Shown here piece by piece: positions 8,650 through 19,479 of a DNA stretch of 49,646 nucleotides. Both the position numbers and the translations under genes were made by a program. Numbering within the stretch: the stretch's first letter is position 1; each line of letters opens with the position of its first letter. The notes under the pieces are model-generated. The model was not told where the DNA came from, searched no databases, and saw nothing but the letters and a program-made list of their open reading frames with translations. This DNA is from a virus (lineage: Duplodnaviria; Heunggongvirae; Uroviricota; Caudoviricetes), in the IMG/VR virus record IMGVR_UViG_2740892231_000005; one strand, written 5' to 3'.

Positions 8650-11434
8650 AACTTAATCTCCGTTGTTGGAACATATGAGCACTCAATTTCTTCTCAAAAT
8701 CAGAATATCCCGCATCTAATGCTCTTTTAGCTGCCGCCTCAGTTTCCTTTGGTGAACCAGCCGGAAGATTGATTACAGGTGAATAGGTTATTCCACCAGT
8801 CACAGCATTAACGTTCTGGCGAGGTCCAGAAGTCCCGGCGGCAGATATCCCGTGAGGTGATAAATTTGATTGCCCGAACTTGGTTGCTATTGCATTCTGT
8901 AAGCTGTTATTCCTGCTAACGCCTGATGCCAGAGTAGTCATTATTGCACCACCTGACTTTGTTAGCTGTGAGAATGGACCTTTTTTCGCGTCAGAGAACG
9001 GTAAATACTCACGTACAGAAGAAAAAACGCCTTTCACTTCATTAATTAAAGCATTTGCTTTTGATTTTATCCCAGTGATTAACGTCTCAATTATTTTTGC
9101 GCCTGACTCACTCCAGTTTATTCCAGACAAATAAGCCGTTACAGATTGGAATGCTCTTATAAAGAGTCCAACTGGTGAAAAACGCATAAAAACAGATACC
9201 AGTGTATCTATGATTTTCTTTCCTGTTTCGCTCCAGTTAATACCAGAAAGGTAATTTGTTGTAAGTTTAAATGCTTTAATTAAGAACGGAAGCGGAGACA
9301 TCCATTTAAAAGCACTAATTAATGTACTGTAAATTCTTACTCCTGCCGAACTCCAGTTTATGTTGGAAAGATAATCCCATGCTTTACCAAACATAGATAT
9401 AATCCATCCATTGAGATCAAAGTTTAAGATAAAGTTTTTTATAGCTTCAAACGATTTAACTGTATATTCCTTAACAGAAGGCCAAACTCTGACAGCATAA
9501 TCTCTGATCTTATCCCAGTTCTGATAGAGCAATATTCCTGCGGCAACCAGCGCAGATATAGCCATCTGAATCCACCCGAAGGGTGTTAGCTTTGTCGCTA
9601 CAGATAAAGCCAGCATAGCTACCCTACACGCTATAACCACACTTTTCATGGTTAGAAACGCACCTGCCGCCATCACAACCTGAGACACAAAATTGGGGTT
9701 GTTAGCTACAAATTCACTAATTTTTGTAATCAGCGGAACCAAAACACTAAGCGCGGCATTCAAAGCAGGTTGCAAGGCCTGACCAAAACTTAATGATGCA
9801 TTGCTAGCCTGAATACGTAATTGTTTCAATCGCTCCGCATTGTCTTTCGTTATGTTGGCAAAATCGCGGTCAATAACAGCACTTCCAGCACCAAGAGATG
9901 TTGCTTTGATTCTCTGGTATTCCTTCCAGTTTTGAATCATCGGACGAACAAAGTTCTGAACCTGCATATCGCCAAATAGCTCACCAAGTAACTTCTGATC
10001 TCCGTTCTTAGTCATTTTCATGACAGAATGCATTGCAGCTTCGAATGGATTCTTCCCTTTTTTCTGCGCTGTTGTGACAATTTTATATAAATCTACACCG
10101 AAATTTTTCTTTGCTTTTTTTAGTGTTTCAGGGGAAAGTATTTTCGCCAAAAAGTTGTTCATATTATTAGCAGCCTCATCCGAAGTTGCAGCACCTTTGC
10201 GAGCTATCTGCAAAGCTGCCCCCATCGTCGCGGCGGCTTCTTTACCTCCCATTTTTAATGCCTGGAACTGAGCACCAAGCACAGGAAGATTTTTGGCCAT
10301 ATCTTTAAATTCAAAGTTTCCCTCTTTCCCTGCCTGAACCAGAATCCCCATTGCAGACTTCATTTGAGATGGATCAATCTTCAATGAGTCACTTAATGTA
10401 AATGATGCTTTCGAGACATCGAGGATATCAGAGCCAGTAGCTGTAGCTGTTCGCCCAATAGTTAGTAGATTCGCCTGAGCCTCTTTATAATCCTGCCCAG
10501 CAGCGACGAGAAAACCCTGAGCGGCCTGAATATCAGATGCAAACTGGTTGGTGGCCGTTCCGGTAACAAGCATCGCCTGCCCCATCGCCTGAACTTCTTC
10601 CGGCTTCATATCTGCCGTAAGACCAATCATTTTGTTTTCACGATTGAAATTTGCTGCATTGTTAGCAGCAGCAAATGCACCAGCCGCTACAGCACCAGTT
10701 TGTAATCCTGACCTTACAAGTTGACTCTTTGCCTCACCAAGATGCTCTCGCTTCAATTCACGCTGCCTTTCCAACGCGCGGTTTAACTCCTCCTGAGCAC
10801 GTTTTACTGCAAGAACATTTTTCCGTGCTTCAGCCAACGCATTTTTATAGCTGTTAATTTTATCAATACGTTGTTTTTCTAATGCCCGGTTAAGTTCCTC
10901 CTGCTGTTTTTTCACTTGCTGAACATTTGCTCTGGCTAAAGCCAAAGCCGTTCTGTAGCGGTTAACCTGCTCAACGCTACGGACCTGAGCCTCACGATTA
11001 CGATCAATGCTGGCTTTAAGCTCTTTCTCTCTTGAGGCCAAAGCTCTGGCAGATGTATCAGCTCCCTGATAGGCAGACTTTAAAGCGGCCAGTTCTTCAC
11101 GCTGAGAACGTAGTGATGCTCGTAAATTCGATGAATGTGTTTTTGCCTTCTCAAAGTCACGAAGCATCGCTCTGGTTGGATTGGCCGTGTTTTTTATTTG
11201 CTTCTGTAACTCTTCAACGCGAGCGGCAGCTTTATGATATTCGAGGGCAGTCTGTCCAACCTTTACTTTTACAGATTGTAGCTTTTGAATTTCCCCATGT
11301 TCTTTCGTTAATCCAGCAAGCTCGGCATTTAATTTAGCAACAGCCTGATTAGCTGTAGTAAAACTTTTGGGGAGAGAGGCGGCAACTTTGCCGCCAATTT
11401 CAAAAGCCAGCTTAAAGTTCTTATTGCTGGCCAT
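8642..11434 (-). CDS. Tail tape measure protein
   Basis: 930 aa; long coiled-coil N-terminal half, Gly/Ala-rich and hydrophobic segments; downstream of the frameshifted chaperone. Confidence 0.9.
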   Translation of the reverse strand: MASNKNFKLAFEIGGKVAASLPKSFTTANQAVAKLNAELAGLTKEHGEIQKLQSVKVKVGQTALEYHKAAARVEELQKQIKNTANPTRAMLRDFEKAKTHSSNLRASLRSQREELAALKSAYQGADTSARALASREKELKASIDRNREAQVRSVEQVNRYRTALALARANVQQVKKQQEELNRALEKQRIDKINSYKNALAEARKNVLAVKRAQEELNRALERQRELKREHLGEAKSQLVRSGLQTGAVAAGAFAAANNAANFNRENKMIGLTADMKPEEVQAMGQAMLVTGTATNQFASDIQAAQGFLVAAGQDYKEAQANLLTIGRTATATGSDILDVSKASFTLSDSLKIDPSQMKSAMGILVQAGKEGNFEFKDMAKNLPVLGAQFQALKMGGKEAAATMGAALQIARKGAATSDEAANNMNNFLAKILSPETLKKAKKNFGVDLYKIVTTAQKKGKNPFEAAMHSVMKMTKNGDQKLLGELFGDMQVQNFVRPMIQNWKEYQRIKATSLGAGSAVIDRDFANITKDNAERLKQLRIQASNASLSFGQALQPALNAALSVLVPLITKISEFVANNPNFVSQVVMAAGAFLTMKSVVIACRVAMLALSVATKLTPFGWIQMAISALVAAGILLYQNWDKIRDYAVRVWPSVKEYTVKSFEAIKNFILNFDLNGWIISMFGKAWDYLSNINWSSAGVRIYSTLISAFKWMSPLPFLIKAFKLTTNYLSGINWSETGKKIIDTLVSVFMRFSPVGLFIRAFQSVTAYLSGINWSESGAKIIETLITGIKSKANALINEVKGVFSSVREYLPFSDAKKGPFSQLTKSGGAIMTTLASGVSRNNSLQNAIATKFGQSNLSPHGISAAGTSGPRQNVNAVTGGITYSPVINLPAGSPKETEAAAKRALDAGYSDFEKKLSAHMFQQRRLSFG

Positions 11435-11439
11435 TAGTA

Positions 11440-11622
11440 TTAATCCTCATTAAACACATCAATCCATGCGACGATTCGCCTCAACCGAAGCGAAAGCCAG
11501 TAGGATATAGGTGTTGATTGAGATGATTGAGATAGAGAACTCGCGGCCCTCATTATTTGCTTATCAATAGGTTTTTGCTCATCAAAACCTACGAGAGCAA
11601 AAAATTCTGTACCTTTTGACAA
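11440..11622 (-). CDS. -1 frameshift extension of the tail assembly chaperone (E'-like)
   Basis: ORF overlaps the 3' end of 11589..11870 in the -1 frame; slippery TTTTTTG (plus-strand caaaaaa, 11598..11604). Confidence 0.6.
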   Translation of the reverse strand: MSKGTEFFALVGFDEQKPIDKQIMRAASSLSQSSQSTPISYWLSLRLRRIVAWIDVFNED

Positions 11623-11870
11623 ACTTTAACAAAGTCTTTCGCTGGCAATCCATTCAGATACTCTATTGGACGGCCAATACAGCGAGCAGCCAAGGCTGCA
11701 TGGACTTTATTATCAAGTGATGTTTGAACTGAAACATGCCCTTGAGATTGCAGTAAGTCCGATACCTCTAAAATATCACTGCCTTTTAGGTTGTCTAAAT
11801 CAAGGTTGAGTTCAGTCACCGGCTCAAAGTCTTCAAAACGATATTCTTTACTTAATTTAACGGTTTCCAT
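11589..11870 (-). CDS. Tail assembly chaperone (P2 gpE / Mu gp41-like)
   Basis: 93 aa acidic protein between tube and tape measure genes, with a downstream overlapping frameshift ORF. Confidence 0.7.
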   Translation of the reverse strand: METVKLSKEYRFEDFEPVTELNLDLDNLKGSDILEVSDLLQSQGHVSVQTSLDNKVHAALAARCIGRPIEYLNGLPAKDFVKVCQKVQNFLLS

Positions 11871-11879
11871 TTTGTCACC

Positions 11880-12401
11880 TTATAAACCTAAATCATCACG
11901 AACGCTTTTTAATATATCTTCACCATCAAAGATACAAATAAAGTTCAACTTATCAATTTCCAAGACTTCTTTTCCATCAATAAATAATTTGATATAGAGA
12001 ACTTCAAATTCATTCTCTGAATCAGTAGCCTTTGCCACCTGTAGCGAACCTAAATCCAGTTTTTTAGGGTTTAGCTTCATTGAAGCCCGAATAGGAACCG
12101 TTTTATATTTTCCTGTTCCTGCATCATAAACCTGCTGGCTACCGCGAAAATCTACCTGATGCGATGAGGATAGAAATAATTTTGTACCAGCAGAGGTCAG
12201 AGTTCGCCATTTAAGAGAGACAGTCATTGGTTTGAAATGCCCCAGCGTTCCGCTCTCAAGCTCTCCAGCGATACCTGCACCACTAACAGTTTCTGTCATC
12301 ATCTCAATTGATGGCAGCTTTGCGTCAGCAACACCGATAATACGGTTTCCCTCACCGTATACTGTAAAGTTAATAAGTCTCTCAGGAATTTGATTGCTCA
12401 A
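11880..12401 (-). CDS. Tail tube protein (P2 FII / Mu M family)
   Basis: 173 aa; directly downstream of the sheath gene. Confidence 0.8.
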   Translation of the reverse strand: MSNQIPERLINFTVYGEGNRIIGVADAKLPSIEMMTETVSGAGIAGELESGTLGHFKPMTVSLKWRTLTSAGTKLFLSSSHQVDFRGSQQVYDAGTGKYKTVPIRASMKLNPKKLDLGSLQVAKATDSENEFEVLYIKLFIDGKEVLEIDKLNFICIFDGEDILKSVRDDLGL

Positions 12402-12417
12402 AGCAACCTCCTATTAT

Positions 12418-13881
12418 TTATTCAGAAAACAAGTTCAGCAGATAATCAGGATTATATTCCATGACGAACTCTATATCTCTGGCAGGTGAGAATGGTGTCA
12501 TTTTTACATGGAATTTAACAATCCCGTCCATCAATGACGTAATCGTGTTTTCAGATTGATCAAAGGTAACAACACCACCTGCAATATCCTGATTACCTGT
12601 GAGGCCGTTAAGCCAAATATTCGCACTTGTAACAATCGATTCAATTAATCGACGGTTTGCAGGATTGTCTATTTTTGACCAATGCGAAAGAATTAACGTA
12701 TTACCCACCCAGTTAAACATACGTCGGCAAACACGAAATGCGTCTTTGGGGTCTGTAGATGTTGGATAAATAGCATTACGGTTTCCCCATGATTTCCAAC
12801 CATCAAAATTAAGGCTTGTTACAATCCCCTGTCCATTTAAGTAGTTTGCCTGGCTAATGTTAAGCCATACTTCACTGCCATCTTTACGTACAGCACCGTC
12901 CATCTGTAGTTTTATATTTGACGGAGAACGTGATGGAATATCACCATACTGACTATCCAGCAAGCATGTTGCGGCCGCTAAATGGGTTGAGTGATGGTAA
13001 ATATTGTCACCAAGTTTCACCATCGGCCAGCACACTGTCTGGTTAGCGGCCATGTGATTATTGTTCTGTTTCCATTCAGGAACAGCCGAGTAATCACTGA
13101 TAGTAGATTTATCGGTCGGTGCATCAGTTATGGCTTCTGCTTTGAACAATTCACTAATCAACGCGGCTTTAGCCGCCATTAGCTGACCAACTTCACTATC
13201 AGAACTAAATCCAGGCGCAATCACTTGTCCAGGAACCAACTTGAAGCGGGGATACACATCAGACAGTAACTCAAGCCCTGTATTGGCTTTAGTGTTGGAA
13301 TCCACACCACCGATAATGTCATTTTTAGTTACGGCACCGGGATCAAGATGCGTATAACTAACCTTAAGAGTAGCGTCTTTTTCGGTAATTTTTCCTCCGC
13401 TAATAGCGGTAATGACCGTATAGCCATTATCATCCAGCGCCAGCACATAATCGGTGTCAACCGTTAATCCTGCCGAATCACCATCTGCTTTTTTCACAAC
13501 AACAGATTTATATAAGACACCATCGTTAGAGAGCGTACCTTTCCCGCCAGAAAGTTTTACTACCTCATCAGTTACGTCTTTCTTATGCTTTGCTGGATCA
13601 AGCACATTAATAAATACAACTGGCGCAACACCATATATTCCAAATGCGACTTTAATTACTTCGCTTAAAGTATATTTCTCGAAGTTTGTGCTATATCCTA
13701 TTTTAGATACGGCCTCTGCGTATGTATAAGCAATGATAGGTTTATTTACCGCTGAGGCTGGATCTTCTAACTGATTAACAGGAGCTGTACCAAATGCGAC
13801 AATCAACCCAGCACTAACTTGTACTGGAGGAGTTATAGATGTAGCCAGCTCAGATATATAAATACCGTGGCGATATCCCAT
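12418..13881 (-). CDS. Contractile tail sheath protein
   Basis: 487 aa; sheath-typical length and position upstream of the tube gene. Confidence 0.85.
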   Translation of the reverse strand: MGYRHGIYISELATSITPPVQVSAGLIVAFGTAPVNQLEDPASAVNKPIIAYTYAEAVSKIGYSTNFEKYTLSEVIKVAFGIYGVAPVVFINVLDPAKHKKDVTDEVVKLSGGKGTLSNDGVLYKSVVVKKADGDSAGLTVDTDYVLALDDNGYTVITAISGGKITEKDATLKVSYTHLDPGAVTKNDIIGGVDSNTKANTGLELLSDVYPRFKLVPGQVIAPGFSSDSEVGQLMAAKAALISELFKAEAITDAPTDKSTISDYSAVPEWKQNNNHMAANQTVCWPMVKLGDNIYHHSTHLAAATCLLDSQYGDIPSRSPSNIKLQMDGAVRKDGSEVWLNISQANYLNGQGIVTSLNFDGWKSWGNRNAIYPTSTDPKDAFRVCRRMFNWVGNTLILSHWSKIDNPANRRLIESIVTSANIWLNGLTGNQDIAGGVVTFDQSENTITSLMDGIVKFHVKMTPFSPARDIEFVMEYNPDYLLNLFSE

Positions 13882-14171
13882 TATTTAATCTCCATGATAG
13901 AAGAAGAAACTCTAGAGTACATTACATACTCGACACTGGTTTTATCAGAAAGTCTTTTTTCTGCATCTGCAAAATCACTGGTTGCCACAAACAAACACTT
14001 TGCACCAGGAATATGTGATATTAATTTTTTACACTCTGGAGATAAACCATTCTTAAATAGTTTATGCTTCAAAATTGAGAGTTGAGGGATTGTTGGTCCT
14101 ATATATACAAATGTTTGAGCAACATCTTCCTTCTTTTCTATATCTTCTTTACTACTTTTCTTATTAGCCAT
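13881..14171 (-). CDS. Hypothetical protein (neck/tail completion region)
   Basis: 96-aa ORF, start overlaps the stop of the upstream gene. Confidence 0.35.
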   Translation of the reverse strand: MANKKSSKEDIEKKEDVAQTFVYIGPTIPQLSILKHKLFKNGLSPECKKLISHIPGAKCLFVATSDFADAEKRLSDKTSVEYVMYSRVSSSIMEIK

Positions 14172-14657
14172 TTAGATAAACTCCTGAGACTGAATATTCT
14201 GAGGCTTTAATACTAGCCACGTTCCAGTTGCTTCCGTTATCCAATATGGATATGGTTGATCATCAAACATTCGCCATCTGATATCACCCTGAAAGAGAAA
14301 TTTCTCTTCAAGTAAAGGCTTCTCCTGAAAATGAAACATCATCCTTTCAAGAAGAGCCATTACCCATTCATATCCAGTATGGTCCTCACAAAAACCACCT
14401 AGAAGAAACTTAACCTTAACTTCATCCGTTTCAGGCTGCATTCCTCCTTCCGTGGGCCTGATAATCACATGAGGAAATTCTGGCGGTTTATCTGGAGATG
14501 GTTGTGATTTAGGAGGCAAGTACCCTTTAAATATTGTTGGAACAAACAATTTAATATCGCTGTCTGTTTCATCATAAGGAGGTCCCTGCACTAATAAATC
14601 ATGGAAAACCTCATGTTCCAACCGATTTTTTATTGCATCTATCAAAAGATTAATCAA
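14172..14657 (-). CDS. Putative tail completion / neck protein
   Basis: 161 aa; synteny between head and sheath genes only. Confidence 0.35.
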   Translation of the reverse strand: MINLLIDAIKNRLEHEVFHDLLVQGPPYDETDSDIKLFVPTIFKGYLPPKSQPSPDKPPEFPHVIIRPTEGGMQPETDEVKVKFLLGGFCEDHTGYEWVMALLERMMFHFQEKPLLEEKFLFQGDIRWRMFDDQPYPYWITEATGTWLVLKPQNIQSQEFI

Positions 14658-14998
14658 ATCGGCATTCCTCTGTTAGTATTAACAGTGAGAGTTATTTCCA
14701 ATACACCAACATTATCTGATACTTCATCAACAATATAATTTTTACCGTTGATTTTCATTGACTGGTCTTTGACAGGGAGAACAGGAAAATCTTTTCTTGA
14801 AACAAATAATATTATTTGCCCCTGATTTATTCCCTCTGCAAACTCAGCATATGAGCGTTTATTCCGCTCATGAATAAGGTCTGTATCAATAACGGCAAGG
14901 ATATCCTTGCCGTCTATGTTATATGTATCGGCAAACTCTTTTTCATTGAGGAATATTGCAGAAATATCTTGCGCTATAACCTCTTTGAAGGAGTTCAT
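14654..14998 (-). CDS. Putative head-tail connector protein
   Basis: 114 aa; synteny only. Confidence 0.35.
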   Translation of the reverse strand: MNSFKEVIAQDISAIFLNEKEFADTYNIDGKDILAVIDTDLIHERNKRSYAEFAEGINQGQIILFVSRKDFPVLPVKDQSMKINGKNYIVDEVSDNVGVLEITLTVNTNRGMPI

Positions 14999-15390
14999 TA
15001 CTTCTTATTACCTTTTTTTTGCGTTGATTTTTTCGCATTACTGGTATCAGAAGTAGCTACAGATTCAGATGAATCATCAGCAACCGTTTCCTCATTGCCG
15101 CCATCATCCTCAAACTCAACCTCGAATACACAGCTACCCGCCTCCGTTCGCGTAATCAACCCCGCGTCCACAGCATCATTAACAGCAGATGCGTATCCAT
15201 GCTCAAAAGCTAACTTAGCAGCATCATAGCCCCCGGCCGATGCCAAATCACCATCCTCTTCGGTGGCAATAGCATGTCCTGACGCAATCAGTTCGGCAAT
15301 TCTGGAGTTATCCATTAGCCCATTAAGCAAACGGCCCGCTTTTAGCGAGCCGTGGCTTATCGTATCAATGTTTTTAATCAGTCTGGCCAT
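14998..15390 (-). CDS. Hypothetical acidic protein downstream of the major capsid gene
   Basis: 130 aa; acidic C-terminal half; position analogous to lambda FI/FII. Confidence 0.35.
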   Translation of the reverse strand: MARLIKNIDTISHGSLKAGRLLNGLMDNSRIAELIASGHAIATEEDGDLASAGGYDAAKLAFEHGYASAVNDAVDAGLITRTEAGSCVFEVEFEDDGGNEETVADDSSESVATSDTSNAKKSTQKKGNKK

Positions 15391-16434
15391 TTAAACCACC
15401 TTAGCCACCAGATAGGCATCAGCCACACCAGGATTAGGCAGTGGAGATGACTTCATGGCAACATAACGGCCAGCCGGCTTACGAGTTACCCAGGTGTCTG
15501 GAACTCGTGGTGACTCAACAATCGTTAGAGTCTTTTCGGCGTCATCTACAAGCTCTACAGCACCATACAGCATCGTTCCTCGACCAGGAGAGCCAAAGAG
15601 GATCTTATCTTCCGGTACTAATGGTTCTGGTTTTCCTGTTTTATCATTGCGAATAAGTTCGTCGTAACCATAAAAATCGACACCTTCAAGATTGCCATAA
15701 TGAGTTACGCCTTCTTCTAACTCCTTAGGCTCAATATACCCAAGCTCTTTTCGGCGATTATCAAGATATTTAGTTACTGCTTCATTTTTAACGAAAGCAT
15801 CAACAACTTTTGCGCCCATTACGGCAACACGAGGTGTAAAACCTGAAGTTAGTGATACCCGACGTTTCCAGTTGCGAACATTGACCAACGGATCTGATTT
15901 TGCAGCACTCCATAAATCATCACCTGTCAGTTCAAGATATGGTTTATCTCCTTCCTCTTCAGGCCAAAAATAAACTGTGTCATCCACACCTTCACCAACA
16001 ATATCAACCTGCCCCGTAAACAAGACTTGTGCACACATCCATTCTTCACGGCGGTTAACCATTTCATCAAGCTCAAGCAAATCTTTACCTAATTGCTCGG
16101 CGGCTCGTTCTGCTGGCGATTTTGCGTTGTAAATATTCTCACCCGGAAGCCTGTTTAAAAGCAGCTCTGCTGTTGTTACCAAATCAGGTGCAACAAGTGG
16201 TGGCTCCAGAGTTCTCGTTACAAAGCCGCGTCGCTCAACGGTTTTTGAGCCAAAACCTTTACCAACAAACGGAGCCATAGTACGGCCACCGCGAACAAAA
16301 TCCAGATCAACTTTCTTTGTATTAAAGGTCTGAACACCAGGAAAAAAGGTACGAAGAAGAAAACGACGAGCCTTGAAATTCTGAATAACAGGCTCAAGCA
16401 TTGTACGTCGTTCAAAAATATCAATATTCGGCAT
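15391..16434 (-). CDS. Major capsid protein, lambda gpE family
   Basis: 347 aa; segments resemble lambda E (FLLRTFFPG, NRREEWMCAQVLFTGQ); synteny portal-protease-D-E. Confidence 0.85.
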   Translation of the reverse strand: MPNIDIFERRTMLEPVIQNFKARRFLLRTFFPGVQTFNTKKVDLDFVRGGRTMAPFVGKGFGSKTVERRGFVTRTLEPPLVAPDLVTTAELLLNRLPGENIYNAKSPAERAAEQLGKDLLELDEMVNRREEWMCAQVLFTGQVDIVGEGVDDTVYFWPEEEGDKPYLELTGDDLWSAAKSDPLVNVRNWKRRVSLTSGFTPRVAVMGAKVVDAFVKNEAVTKYLDNRRKELGYIEPKELEEGVTHYGNLEGVDFYGYDELIRNDKTGKPEPLVPEDKILFGSPGRGTMLYGAVELVDDAEKTLTIVESPRVPDTWVTRKPAGRYVAMKSSPLPNPGVADAYLVAKVV

Positions 16435-16454
16435 AAAAATACGACCTCTTTATA

Positions 16455-16838
16455 TTATGCAGATGGATTTTGTTGTGCGGTGTTAAGGAATATCCCAACC
16501 TTCCGGCAAGCCAGATATACATCGGCAATCTTTGCTGATTCAGGAAGGATAACCGCATGTGCATTGAACATTCCGGTCAGCCATGCTGTTCCAACTTGCG
16601 CTGAATCAGTCGCATCAATACTGTGTTGAGCGATACAATACGGTTCTTTTGCCACCCCCTCACCAGAGAGATTTATTGGTGCTACAGTGACAACATTTGT
16701 TGTCTGATCAATACTGACAAAAGCAAGCAACTCACCTCGATTTACTTTACCGCTGGCAAGTTTAATACTTGTTGTAATTGCTGGCATACCACCAGAAATA
16801 ATCAGATTATCTGGTTCAAATGAAAAAGACTCTCGCAT
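16455..16838 (-). CDS. Head decoration protein (gpD-like, by synteny)
   Basis: 127 aa between the protease/scaffold gene and the major capsid gene. Confidence 0.55.
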   Translation of the reverse strand: MRESFSFEPDNLIISGGMPAITTSIKLASGKVNRGELLAFVSIDQTTNVVTVAPINLSGEGVAKEPYCIAQHSIDATDSAQVGTAWLTGMFNAHAVILPESAKIADVYLACRKVGIFLNTAQQNPSA

Positions 16839-16847
16839 AAACTCACC

Positions 16848-17936
16848 TTAATTTTTATCGCGGTTTTTAAATACTGACCCAATAACATTTTTTACTACTT
16901 CAGCTTGTTTATCTCCGTTGTTTTCTGGTTGATTAACATCAACTGAATCATTCACCTCATTTGCGTCTTCTTGCCGTTGATTAAGAAAGTTTTTGTTACG
17001 CGCTCGCTCTGCATTCATAATTTCCAAAGCAAGTTCAGCCGCAGAAACTCCCGTTTTGAATTTTGCATTCTTAACCAGGTCGTCATGACCTGGAATCACG
17101 CTATTCTCGATTGTTTCAATGCGCTCGCGTTCTGATTTAACGCCCTCGTCTTTACCAGCATTAAAAACCTGATTGTATAATTCTGGATGTTTATTTTTTA
17201 ATTCATCAAGAGTCACAACATCGTCCTCATTTTGTTCATTTAATTCAGTAGATAATTCATTTTTATTTTGTGGCAACTTTGCGAGCGAATCAGGTAATTT
17301 TGAAAACCTTGATGCTTCAAAAGTTATTCCATTGAGCGAAAGCATCCCTTCCTTTATAGAAGCGGATAAGCGCATTGGTTTTTCAACTTCGTCAGCAAAT
17401 CCAAGCTCTACAGCCTCTTCTGCATTTAGCCATGTTTCCTGATCCATTAGTTCAATTAATTTATCCTCAGAAAGCCCTGTTTTCTCCTTATATGCAGATA
17501 AAATACTATCTCGTATCTTATCCATCATCTCAGCAATATCACGTAGTTCATCCGCATCACCAGCAGCAAATGTCCACGGATTATGGATCATCATCATAGC
17601 ATTAGATGGGATAACAACTTTATCACCTGCCATTGCAATAATGGTTGCAGCCGATGCAGCAATACCATCAATATAAACAGTAATATTAGCCTTATGACGT
17701 TTTAATGAAGAAAGAATAGCTTGAGCAGTAAAAACAGAACCACCATAACTATTAATTTTTACGTTGATAGCATTTGATGATATATCCTTTAATTTATTAA
17801 CTATGTCAGAAGAAGAAACCTCATCAAATTCGCCAATATATCCGTAGATTAAAAGTTCAGCCGGAGAGTCATCTTCACCCGTGCTATTTTTTATTTCCCA
17901 CCAATTAGGCATCATCTGTCTCCATATTTTGTTCAT
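16848..17936 (-). CDS. Head maturation protease (ClpP/S49-like) with C-terminal scaffold-like region
   Basis: 362 aa; ClpP-like core (SYGGSVFTAQAI...IDGIAASAATIIAMAGD); follows the portal gene. Confidence 0.8.
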   Translation of the reverse strand: MNKIWRQMMPNWWEIKNSTGEDDSPAELLIYGYIGEFDEVSSSDIVNKLKDISSNAINVKINSYGGSVFTAQAILSSLKRHKANITVYIDGIAASAATIIAMAGDKVVIPSNAMMMIHNPWTFAAGDADELRDIAEMMDKIRDSILSAYKEKTGLSEDKLIELMDQETWLNAEEAVELGFADEVEKPMRLSASIKEGMLSLNGITFEASRFSKLPDSLAKLPQNKNELSTELNEQNEDDVVTLDELKNKHPELYNQVFNAGKDEGVKSERERIETIENSVIPGHDDLVKNAKFKTGVSAAELALEIMNAERARNKNFLNQRQEDANEVNDSVDVNQPENNGDKQAEVVKNVIGSVFKNRDKN

Positions 17937-19479
17937 TTACCTCAGAAACAGGAGGCGTAATCAGCCCCAACTCACGGCGAGCATTCTCTTCTCTGCCACA
18001 AATTTGTGCGGTTTCTTCCCAGTTAAGACCTGACATTTCAGCCGCTTCCTTTTCACGGGTAGAGAATGTTTCCTCAACACGCAGTTTTGCAGCTTTGACT
18101 TCTTTAAGGGGATCTAATTGGCCTTGTGATGGGCCATACCATTGAGCGCCACTCCATGCAGCGCGATATTCAGGCCCATAAAAAAAACCAGGGGCAATAA
18201 CACGACCTTTAGCAACGGCTTCGGCCAACCATTCCTCATAGATCGGTTGGCAAAATGACTGAACCATCCAGTCACGTCGCATACGGAACATTTTCCAGGC
18301 TTCAAGTAATGCGGCCCTGCTTGCGCTATAACTTGCTGTAAAATGCTTTACCAAGAGTTCGTAAGGGAGTTCTAAAGCAGCCCCAATTTGACGGCATATG
18401 GCGACAACAAAACCATCAAATGCCGTATTTGGTCGCCCGGGATTTGCTGTATCTATCGACTCACCTTCACCCAAACTTACTATGGAGCCATTCCCCATTT
18501 CTTGGGTGTTATCATCATGGTTATCGATCTGCTCGTACTGAGGGATACCCGATTCACCGACTGGTCCATCAGGAGCGTCTGTTTTAATAAAGACAGTAAA
18601 CATCCCTGACACAACCGCAGCAACCAATTCAGCATCGGTGTATCGTCCTAACTGCTTCAATGCTTCAATAACAGGAGCAAGGACAGGAACGCCACGACGT
18701 TGCCCAGGCCTTTCAAAATCCTGCATGACATGCAGAATATTTCTTCTTCCTGTTTTACTCCCATATGCGGGAATACGTTCCCACTTGCGGGTTACAAAAC
18801 CAGAAGTCCCGGCTGGGTGATGTTTTGCAACCCAGTACGCCACAGGCTCGCTAAATTCACCAACCTCTACGCCACCGTAAAGATTTGGTATAAAACGATC
18901 CTCTGGATTGCAAACACGATCACCTTCAATTAAATAGACGCACAAATCATATATAACACCCTTACGCTTAATAACTGGTAGCGCAGCAAATATATCGCCA
19001 GATGTTAACGCAGATATTTGGACCAATGATTGCAATTGTCCAAAAGTACACATTCTTGATGCATCACAATTTGGAGAATCAGCCCATAATCTAAACTCAC
19101 GCTCAACATGCTTTTCCCATGCTCGCGCTTCTTCCTGCGTCATCCCCAAGAAATCGGCATCAATGTTCGCATTTAGTTTTAAACCGGAACCAACAACGTT
19201 TGTCCTGATAGTTTTTATTGCGCCAACCGATAGCGGGTTTCCCATGAAGAGATCACGAGAACGCTCACGCAATTTATCTATATTTTTAACAATATCATCA
19301 TCAGGAGAACCAGCTTTACTAAACCAACCCCTTAATGATTTTTTATGAGTGCTTGCACCATGACGTGAATATCCAAGGTTATTAATACCTTCAAGTGCTT
19401 CTAACCGTTTTCTTGCCAAAGCTCGATTTAATGCCCTCTGAGGTGAAAACGGCGCAATAACTCGATCAAGAATATTCAT
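17905..19479 (-). CDS. Portal protein, lambda gpB family
   Basis: 524 aa; directly downstream of the terminase large subunit and gpW-like genes. Confidence 0.85.
   Translation of the reverse strand: MNILDRVIAPFSPQRALNRALARKRLEALEGINNLGYSRHGASTHKKSLRGWFSKAGSPDDDIVKNIDKLRERSRDLFMGNPLSVGAIKTIRTNVVGSGLKLNANIDADFLGMTQEEARAWEKHVEREFRLWADSPNCDASRMCTFGQLQSLVQISALTSGDIFAALPVIKRKGVIYDLCVYLIEGDRVCNPEDRFIPNLYGGVEVGEFSEPVAYWVAKHHPAGTSGFVTRKWERIPAYGSKTGRRNILHVMQDFERPGQRRGVPVLAPVIEALKQLGRYTDAELVAAVVSGMFTVFIKTDAPDGPVGESGIPQYEQIDNHDDNTQEMGNGSIVSLGEGESIDTANPGRPNTAFDGFVVAICRQIGAALELPYELLVKHFTASYSASRAALLEAWKMFRMRRDWMVQSFCQPIYEEWLAEAVAKGRVIAPGFFYGPEYRAAWSGAQWYGPSQGQLDPLKEVKAAKLRVEETFSTREKEAAEMSGLNWEETAQICGREENARRELGLITPPVSEVNEQNMETDDA

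Noticed and set aside
8880-11337. Several 60-101-aa plus-strand ORFs inside the tape measure gene
   Set aside because: Shadow ORFs antisense to the 930-aa tape measure gene.
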